Assembly (NCBI GenBank): GCA_965112735.1
Contig: OZ218952.1
Span: forward strand, 2,108,001 to 2,172,000
DNA length: 64,000 nucleotides
Direction of reading: 5' to 3'
Origin: Phaeosaccion multiseriatum
Lineage: Eukaryota > Protista > Ochrophyta, other classes
Shown here: in pieces, positions 54,701-64,000 of the stretch
Numbering within the stretch: position 1 is the first letter of the stretch
How the letters are laid out: every line of letters starts with the position of its first letter
The notes under the pieces: generated by a model
Seen by the model: the letters and a program-made list of their open reading frames with translations, nothing else
Told to the model about the DNA's origin: nothing
Databases searched by the model: none
Made by a program: the position numbers and the translations under genes

Positions 54701-57700
54701 CTTCTCTCTCTTGATTTCTTGTCTGCCTCGAGCAATGCAACTGGAGCAAGATGAGAGAGAGTGTATGTCTATATGAGAGGGAGTGTGTGTGAGAGAGACA
54801 GAGAGGGAAGAGTGTGTGTATGTGAGAGATAGAGAGCGTGTGATTGAGAATGAGTGCATGTGAGAGGAAGAGGGAGAATGTAATGTGTACTATGTGAAAG
54901 ACACTGAAAAGAGAGAGTGAAAGAGAGTGTGTATGTGAGAGACGAGAGAGAGAGACAGCAAGAGAGAGAAGAGAGAGTGAATGTGTGTGAGAGAGGAGCG
55001 AGAGGGAGAGTAACAGAGGCACCACGCCCCCGCTTTCCATGCTTGCTGCCTTCCATTGCCTTCCATTGCCACACATGGTCGAACCACCATCACACTTGAT
55101 AAATGACAAATGACGAATCACAGCCAAGGACGAGCGCATCCAGATAGAGGACCAACAGTTCCAGGTGGACAAGGAAAAGCTCAAGAAAGAGCTGGAGTGG
55201 ATGAGGAAGCAGCCCAAGGCGAGGCAGAGCAAGAGCAAGAAGAGGGAGGAGGAGTACAATACTCTCAAGGCCAAACTCGCCAAGCCCAGAGCAGGCAAGG
55301 AGGTGGCCGTGCAGGTACGTGAGTGGGAGGTGAAAGGGGAGGGAGGGAAAGGAGGGATGGATGTAGGCAGAGAGTGCGTTGCGTACTTGCGTGCGCGTCT
55401 GTGTACCTGCGCGTGTGTGCGTGCGTGTGTGATATGCAGGAAACGGTTTAACGTTACAGAAGGAAACGGTTTAACGTTACAGAAGTGTCATGAGCGCACC
55501 CCACACCATACTCAACACTTTTCGTCCGCAGTCCCGCACTGTGTATCATCATATCCTCTTTCACTCCTCGGGATGTCCAGGCCGCTGACCTCTCTTTCCC
55601 TCTTTTCTCTCCATGCCTTCCTCCCTTCCTCCCTTCCTCCCTCTCCCCCTCCCTCCCTCCCTCCCTCCCTCTCCTTCCTCTCAGCTCGGCTCCGAGACGA
55701 AGCGATTGGGCAAGTTCATTCTCAAGTTCAAAGACGCGAGCTTGGCCTTTGACAAGCCCATCTTAGACAAGTTCTCTTATGAGTTCGTCAAAGGGGATAG
55801 AGTCGGCATGTAAGTTAATGAAGGAGAGAGGGGGAGTGAGGAGCGGGAGGGACGGAGGGAGGGCGGGAGGACCGGATGGCGGGAGCGGATCAGCAGAAGG
55901 AAGGTGAAGGGGGTCAGCAGAAGGAAGGTCCATTGTCACAAGTGGATATTTAACGGACCCCAAACCACCTTTGCTCTGTCACTCCCTTTCTCTCTCTGTG
56001 CGTGTGTCTGTCTGTCTATGTCTCTCCTCCTCTCTCTCTCTCCCTCTCTCCCCTCTTCTCTCCCTCTGTCTCTATCTCTCCCTCTTCTCTCTCTGGCCTT
56101 CCTCCTGTCTCACAGCGTGGGCCCTAACGGCGTAGGCAAGACGACATTCTTGCGAGTGCTCATGCAACAGCAAGCCCTCGACGCTGGTGAGCCGCCACAT
56201 GTCACCACACGTCATCATCACACATCACGCTCACGCACATCACATCACATCCGTAGACTAATTGTTTTCCCTTCTTCTCACCCTCCCCCCTCCTCCCAGC
56301 TTGCTTTGCTTAGCTTTCTCTCTCTCCTCGTCTTTCCCTTCTGTCGATCTGTCTTCTTTTGTCCTTCTCTCTCTTCTACGTCTTCTTTGTCCATTGCTCT
56401 CCCTCTCTCCTTTCTCCTGCTCTTTCTTTTGTGTATCATCGTCTTCGTTGTCCTTCTCTCCATTTATGTTTTGGTTTATTTATTTATTTCTCTCCGTCTC
56501 CCTCTTCTCTCACGCACACCTTCCTTCTTCTCCTCCGCTCTGCCTCTCTTCTCTCCTTCTCTGTACCCCAAAGGTACGGTGACTCCTGGTGAGACTCTTT
56601 CCGTCGGTTACTATGACCAGAAGGGCATCTCCTTCGAAGACAACAGACGAGTCAGAGGTGAGGCATATAGTAGAGAGTAACATATAGAGTCAGAGGTGAG
56701 GCACATAGAGAGTAACGTATAGAGTCAGGGATGAGGCACATAGAGAGTAACACATAGAGTCAGAGGTGAGGCACATAGAAAGTAACATATAGAGTCAGGG
56801 ATGAGGCACATAGAGAGTAACATATAGAGTCAGAGGTGAGGCACACAGAGAGTAACATATAGAGTCAGAGGTGAGGCACATAGAGAGTAACGTATAGAGT
56901 CAGAGGTGAGGCACATAGAGAGTAACATATAGAGTCAGAGGTGAGGCACATAGAGAGTAACATATAGAGTCAGGGATGAGGCACATAGAGAGTAACATAT
57001 AGAGTCAGAGGTGAGGCACACAGAGAGTAACATATAGAGTCAGAGGTGAGGCACATAGAGAGTAACATATAGAGTCAGGGATGAGGCACATAGAGAGTAA
57101 CATATAGAGTCAGAGGTGAGGCACACAGAGAGTAACATATAGAGTCAGAGGTGAGGCACATAGAGAGTAACATATAGAGTCAGAGGTGAGGCACACAGAG
57201 AGTAACATATAGAGTCAGAGGTGAGGCACACAGAGAGTAACATATAGAGTCAGAGGTGAGGCACATAGAGAGTAACATATAGAGTCAGAGGTGAGGCACA
57301 CAGAGAGTAACATATAGAGTCAGAGGTGAGGCACATAGAGAGTAACATATAGAGTCAGAGGTGAGGCACACAGAGAGTAACATATAGAGTCAGAGGTGAG
57401 GCACATATAGAGTCAGAGGTGAGGCACATATAGAGAGTAACATATAGAGTCAGAGGTGAGGCACATAGAGAGTAACATATAGAGTCAGAGGTGAGGCACA
57501 TAGAGAGTAACATATAGAGTCAGAGGTGAGGCACATAGAGAGTAACGTATAGAGTCACGAGAAGAGAACAACACCAAGCAAGCGGAGAGGAGGCAGGAGG
57601 GGGGAGGAGGGAGGAGGGTGATAACAGAAAGCTGCGCAAAGCAAGCTGGGAGGGGGGGGGATGGTGAGAAGAAGCAAAAGCTAAGCGAAGCAAACTGTGA

Positions 57701-60528
57701 GGAGGGAGGAGGGTGGGCAGCGTGGCAACGATGAATTCGAATTCCCTCACATGTCTTACGTTCTCTTGGCATCCCTCACTTCCATATGTTTCTCTCTATG
57801 TTGTCGTACCAACAGAAATCGTGGAGGACACGTGTGCAGGTGTGGCCGCCAACAATCCCGATATAGAAGGGTCCGGAGACCCCGCTGGCATGGCCCGCTC
57901 TCTGCTAAACAAGTTCAAGTTCACCAACAGCAGGTTGGGTAGTCGATTCAGTACGCCACGCTCACTCCCTCACTCACGCACGCACTCCACTCAAATTACA
58001 CACACACTCAATCACTCCACTCACTCCAATCTCTCGCCCCCGCTCTCTCCTCACTGACTCACTCACTTACCCCCCCTCTCTCTCTCCATTCACTGACTGA
58101 CTGACTCACTCATTCACTCACTCACACAGGTGGAATGATCAGTACGGCAGGCTGAGTGGTGGAGAGAAGCGGCGGTTACAGCTCATGGTGGTGCTGGCGG
58201 GCAGCCCGAACTTCCTTGTGCTTGACGAGCCCAGCAATGACCTCGACCTTCAGGTGGGCGTGGGTGTGTGTTGTGTGTGTGAAGTGTGGATAGTGTGTGT
58301 GTATGTGTGGGTGTGTGTCTGTGGGTGTGGGGACGTGCGTGTGTGGGTGTGTGGGTTGGTGTTGGGTGGGTGTGGATGGGTGAGTGAGTGAGTGAGTGAG
58401 TGGGCAGGTGGGCGGGTGGGCGCGTGTGTGTGGGTGCATGGGTGGGTGGGTGGACGGATGTGGGGGGTGGGCAAGTGATGAAGCACTCAAGCGTGTCATA
58501 CGACGCCCTTTGGTCGCGCGTGACTTGAACATCAGTGCTCAATGTGCAGAGGCTCTTCTTGGGAAGGGGCTCTAATTCCTTCTGATGCCTACGCTCCCCC
58601 CGCCCTGTCCAGAGAGAGAGAGAGACAGAGAGACATACAGAGACAGAGAGAGAGACACACACAGACACAGACACACACACAGAGAGAGAGAGTCCTGAGC
58701 TATGCTTGCCTTCGAATTCCTGTCTCCAGTACAGGGGCAGGTCAGCACGGTGATCACTTCATCATCCTCTCACCTCTCACCTCTCACCTCGTCTCTGTCG
58801 TTGTCTCTCCTCTCCTGTCCTCCCCCCCCTCCTTCCCTTCCCTCCGTCTCCACTCCCCCCCTCCCCTCCTTCCCTCCCTCCCTCCCTCCCTCCCTCCCCC
58901 CCACCCACTGCCATCCACTGCCATCCCTCTATTTAGACTCTTGAGGTGCTTGAGGACTTCCTCATTAATGATTACAAGGGATGCCTCGTCGTCGTCAGTC
59001 ATGACAGGTGAGGGAGTGAGGGAGATTGTGAGTGAGTGAGTGAACGGAGAGGGGATGATGGCAGTGGATGGGCAGGCAGGCAGGAGATTCCCTCGGGCAC
59101 GTATTGCACTGCTCATTCCTCCCATACACCTCCATCCTATCCTCATTCCTCCCATTCCTCATTCCTCCCATCTCCTGCCACCCTCTCCTCTTCGTTACAC
59201 CATTCGATTCTTCCTCTCCTCTGTCCCATTCCGACCCCGACCCCCTCCCCCCCCCTCCCCTCTCCGCCCCTTTCTCCTCTCCCCTCCCCTCCACCTCCCC
59301 TCCCCTCCCCTCCCCTCCCACTCCCCTCCCCTCCCCTCTCCTCCCCGCTAACCAACCCACATCTGACAACTGTGAACCCGCCTCCCCTCCTCTCCCCCTT
59401 CCCCTCAACACACCCGTACTACCAACCCACGAACGTCAACACGCACACACACACACACTCACACACGCACCCACATCCAAGGTGGTTCATGTCCCGTGTA
59501 ACTGACCACATGTTCATCTTCGAGGGGGAGGGCGCCATCAAGGATTACCCGGGCACGCTTAACGAGTACGCCTTTGAGTACGAGATTAAGAACACCTTGA
59601 AGGCGGGGGGGACGGCCAAGGAGGAGGAGGAGGAGGAGGAGGAGGAGCCAGTAGGTGAGTATGTGGGAGTGGGCGGGTGGGAGGGGAGAACGACGAGGAG
59701 GAGGAGTCGAAGTTTGTGTATATGTGTGTATGTGTCTGCGAAGTACGTAGAACCCCTCAAAGCACTTCTCTTCTTCTCTTCTGTCTGTGAAGGTGGGGGA
59801 GGACCGGCATGCCAATGTGTTGGTACTCCGGGAGGTACTTACACCAGGGGGGCTTGCTGATTGATGCTCATCTACCAGAGTCTTACTTACTTCCCCTTCC
59901 TTGCACCCCCTCATGACCCCCTGCTTGCTTTCATGCTCTGCAACTTGTGTACGCCTCTTACTCGCGGACGCCCCCTCGGCAATCAGAGCAAGCGAAGATG
60001 GCAGTGGATGCACCACCGGCAGAGGAGGCAGCACCGGCAGCAACAGGGCGGCCGCTTAACAACAAAGAGAGAATGGAGTACAAGAATCTGGTGAGGGAGG
60101 GAGGGAGTCAAGAGGGGAGCGAGGGGGAGCGAGGGGGAGTAAGAGTGAGTGAGTGAGTGAGTGAGTGAGTGAGTGAGTGAGCGAGTGAGTGAGCGAGCGA
60201 GGGAGTGAGGCCCACATTTCTGTGCAACTGCTTGTACGTCACAAACACGCGCCGCTCCAGGCCCTTCTCAATCAAGAGTCGACACGTGCATGACCCCTTG
60301 CTCCTCCTCATGACCGCATCCACCCCCCGTCCCTTATAGGAGAGGGACATTAACAAACTGACCAAGCGCAACGCCGACCTCCAGCAGCTGCTGCTCGAGG
60401 CGTACGACAAGGCAGTGGGCTTTACTGAACAGGCCGAGTGGAGCGACGAGATGAAACGAAACGCCGAGGAGCTCGAGGGCAAGGAGGAGAGATGGATGGA
60501 GCTGGCAGAGATCATGGGCGACTTTTAG
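51782..60528 (+). CDS. ABC-F family ATPase, Uup-like, probably plastid-targeted, many exons
   Basis: [23 protein letters not shown] (signal peptide + AF motif). [80 protein letters not shown] and C-terminal EERWMELAE. No transmembrane domain. Confidence 0.93.
56650..57557 (+). repeat. 35-bp minisatellite (~25 copies) whose unit contains the exon end and 5' splice site
   Basis: Unit agagtcagag|gtgaggcacatagagagtaacatat; the first copy is the real exon/intron junction (...DNRRVR|gtgagg). Confidence 0.95.
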
Positions 60529-60810
60529 CTTTTAGTAGGCTCATGTCATGTACTGGATAGAGTGAGATGGATGGAACTGGCAGAGATCATGGGCGACTTT
60601 TAGTAGGCTCATGTCATGCACTGGATAGAGTGAGATGGATGGATAGAGATCATGGGCGACTTTTTAGTAGGCTCATGTCATGCACTGGATAGAGTGAGAT
60701 GGATGGATAGAGATCATGGGCGACTTGTAGTAGGCTCATGTCATCCCCCCTACTGATGGATGGAGCTGGCAGAGATCATGGGCGACTTTTAATAGGCCCA
60801 TGTCATGCTC
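60488..60810 (+). repeat. ~60-75-bp tandem repeat (5 copies) duplicating the last codons and stop of the ABC-F gene
   Basis: gagatggatgga...gagatcatgggcgactt...tagtaggctcatgtcat repeated. Confidence 0.9.
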
Positions 60811-61139
60811 TTGTAATATCTAATGAAGGGGATAGATGGCAGATCGATATTCACCTTCTGATGTTGTGTGCTGGATGGAGCTGGATGGTCATGTGATATG
60901 GTCAGAGCTGAGGGTGGGGGGGGGGGGGGTCGCCCTTCTTTTCCTTTCCTTTTGTTTGGGACTGCTTTTGTATTTTACCATTTTGAAGGAAGATAGGTTC
61001 TACAATATATCACCTTATGTAAGTCATTTCACTACTCTTGCTCAAGTTCCCGAGGTGTTTTTGTATGGCAAGGGCATGATTTTTTACAAGCAGGGAAGGC
61101 CATTCTTCTCCATTGATTAAGGGCTGCACCCAGTTACGC

Positions 61140-61197
<58 letters not shown>

Positions 61198-62417
61198 ATA
61201 TACCGCCCCCATCCATTGAAGGGTACTTACTGTAAAGGGGGAGGGAGGGGTAGAGTACAGGGATTGAGGCAGCTTGGCGGAGGAGGGTATCAGCGCTGAA
61301 GCAACTCAACAGATGGTGACAACTAAACGGGGGTGTTTCCGTCTCTCCCCGTGAGATGGCAACTCACTCCGAGTGGGCCAGTAGGGGAGGCTGTGCAGAC
61401 TGTGCGGCCCCCATCCACTGCCATCTCCACCCCTCCCCCATTCACCAATCGCCGAACAGTACGTAAGCTGAAGTTGAACATCCCATTGTCTCAAGAGGTT
61501 CGAGGAGACGTCGATTAACAGCAGACAAAGGAGTGACGTAGGTAAGTGCTAATCAATTCAATTCAAGTCATTCATTCATTCATTCATTCAATGTGGGAGT
61601 GAAAAAGAGTACTCCATTGCGATGAGCACGTATCGTAGAGGATGGTGGAGATGCGTCCTGACACCTGACACCATGCAAGCTCCCTTTCATTGGCTTGGCG
61701 GCACTCACACACCGCCTTCTCAGGCGAGCACCCCTATCAGCAGTTGGTGATACAGCAGCTGTTGATTTATCAGCCAAACAGGTGGGCTGACGCTTGGCTG
61801 CCTGCCACCCTCTCCCTCCCTCCCTCCCTCCCTCCCTCCCTCCCTCCCTCCCTCCCTCCCTCCCTCCCTCCCTCCCTCCCTCCCTCCCTCCCTCCCTCCC
61901 TCCCTCCCTCCCTCCCTCCCTCCCTCCATCCATCCATCCATCCATCCATCCCTCCCTCCAGCCTCTACTCCTCCTGCTACTACTCGTCGCGTGCAGGCAA
62001 AACTTGTTGGTAGGGTAGGCACCGCTGCCGCTTCCCTGCAGCGTGACGCGAATCGTGACGGCGAAGCTTTGGCGTCGTCGGAGAGCTAAGTGCATTGCCT
62101 CCCTTTCCGTTCCACAGTTGCACGACCGCACAGCCTCCAGCCAGTATGCTGCCCTCATTCCTCTTGCCACACAGCCCAAAGGAGGGGAGGGATCGAAACA
62201 CCCCGCTCTCCCCACATATCCCCGGCTCCGCCTTTCTTACTTTAAAAATTAAATGCGAACAGTTTCTTTCCTTCTTTCCTCTTTATTTATTTCAGCTGAT
62301 TTACTTTCTTTTGTACTTTCCCCTTCCCCCCGCCCCTCGGAAGAAGCGGCGGCACGAGGCCATGGCCCAGAGCGGCGAAATGTGAACAATTACACCCTCC
62401 CCGCATTGAATGTTGTG

Positions 62418-62504
<87 letters not shown>

Positions 62505-62933
62505 CATCGTCATCGTCTTTTCAAACTCCTTCCCCTCCCACTCAAGAAGCATCCTCTCCTCGCACTCAAGAAGCGAAGCACCCTTTCATCGCTACGACCC
62601 TCCAAACTCTCGCGTAGCCTTCCTTCCTTCCTTCCTTCCTTCCCTCTTTCATTCCTTCCTCCCCCCCCCGCCCCCTCCCTCCCTCCTTCCTTCCTTCCTT
62701 TCTTCCCTCCTTCCCTCCCTCCTTCCTTCCTTCCTTCCTTCCTTCCTTCCTTCCTTCCTTCTTTCTTTCTTTCTTTCCTTCCTCCTCGCTTCTACGCGCT
62801 GGTGCCTTCACCAGCTCTCTCTCTCCCTGACCGATTACTGGAACACTGCCTCCCTGGTAGCCATAAGCAGATACTTCGAAATGTGAAGAAAGGGCTCTTC
62901 CCCCCCCCCTCGGGACAGGACAGGCTCCTCTCT

Positions 62934-63307
62934 TTAGAAGTCATTGAAAGGGTCTTCCCCCTCGGGGAGGTCCGGCAGCCGCGGCCCTTCTACGCTGTCG
63001 GGGTATGCGTCAAACTGACTCGTGTCCGTTGGACCTGGGGGAGGAGTTGGCGATGGCAGCGGATGGCAGCGGATGGCAGTGGACGGGTGGTGGATGGCAG
63101 TGGATGACAGTAGATGGCCGTGGATGGCGGTGGATGGCAGTGGATGGCAGTGGACACGCGTGTGGGTGGAGCAAAGAGGTGGGGGGTGAGAGAGGAAGGG
63201 GGAGGGGGGGGGGGCTGACGGGACGAAGCGACACACATGGCATAGAGTACAGCTTCTCTCATTTCTATGATGTACGTAGTGTGTGTTTGCTTGTGTTTGT
63301 GTGTGTT

Positions 63308-63343
<36 letters not shown>

Positions 63344-63367
63344 TGTGTGTGTTTGTGTGTGTGTGTT

Positions 63368-63422
<55 letters not shown>

Positions 63423-63873
63423 CGTCTCACCTGCAACGGGCGGCTTGATGGGCGAGGTGAGGGTTCTTGCCAGCAGGGATTGGAAGTCGAAGCCCGCGAA
63501 CCACTTGTGCGACATAATGTCCGCCGCACCTGAGGGAGCAGGTATATGGGCAGGCATATGGGCAGGGGGGTGGGCAGGCATATGGGCAGGGAGGTGGGCG
63601 GCAGTGGGGGTGGTTGGGGCACGGAGGTGACGTGAGAAGGGACGTAGCACCAGGACACACACGCGCACGCACACGCACACACACGCACACACGTCTTGAA
63701 AATGAGACCGAAACACTACCATTTCCGCCTATAACTGGAACTCAAACTGCACTCAAACTCACCGCCCTTGAGACAGCCGTATCGCTTGGTGAGGTCTGCC
63801 GTGAGGAGCTTCTTGACAAGGTTCTTGGCGTTACGGTCCACGAAGCGAGGGAACACCAGCTTCCCAGCCAATA
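62934..63873 (-). CDS. AGC kinase, cAMP-dependent protein kinase catalytic subunit-like; last three exons (5' part outside the window)
   Basis: VLAGKLVFPRFVDRNAKNLVKKLLTADLTKRYGCLKG|GAADIMSHKWFAGFDF...SPIKPPVA|GPTDTSQFDAYPDS...DPFNDF*; the terminal FxxF motif is as in PKA-C. Confidence 0.88.
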
Positions 63874-64000
63874 CCTGAGGGGGGGCGAGGGGTGAGGAGG
63901 AGGGCGAGGAGGAGGAAGAGGAGGAGGAAGAGGAGGAGGAAGAGGAGGAGGAAGAGGAGCGGGGAAAGGGAAAGGCGGGGGCGGTGTAAGAGTTTGAGAG

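Noticed and set aside
56650-57557. CRISPR-like array (35-bp repeats)
   Set aside because: Head-to-tail repeats with no unique spacers, no cas genes, and inside a eukaryotic intron.

Overview
Eukaryotic nuclear DNA, intron-rich and packed with microsatellites. It most likely comes from a flagellated alga with a secondary plastid (stramenopile-like): IFT57 is present and an ABC-F protein starts with a signal peptide plus an STAF plastid-type motif. A backbone of multi-exon housekeeping genes (pelota, IFT57, TRM11, an ADF/cofilin, organellar ValRS, a Tudor-C2-coiled-coil gene, an ankyrin/RING-like gene, a Uup-like ABC-F and the 3' end of a PKA-like kinase) is interrupted by accessory islands. 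These islands hold intronless P-type PPR genes built from near-identical 105-bp repeats, intron-poor ankyrin genes, 3' fragments of RLE-type (CRE/R2-like) non-LTR retrotransposons, a 600-bp foldback element and a MITE. The best candidate for a novel system is the PPR(-SMR) family. Its repeats are homogenised, yet the two RNA-specifying residues (5 = S/N, 35 = D/N) toggle from repeat to repeat, so each paralogue spells a different RNA word. One copy carries an intact SMR nuclease domain and another a decayed one, suggesting a TALE-like, reprogrammable RNA-endonuclease repertoire. The second notable signal is intron polarity: specific G-rich motifs and microsatellites lie near 5' splice sites and their reverse complements near 3' splice sites, and tandem duplications are seeded at exon edges. 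All alignments and exon boundaries were read by eye and are approximate.
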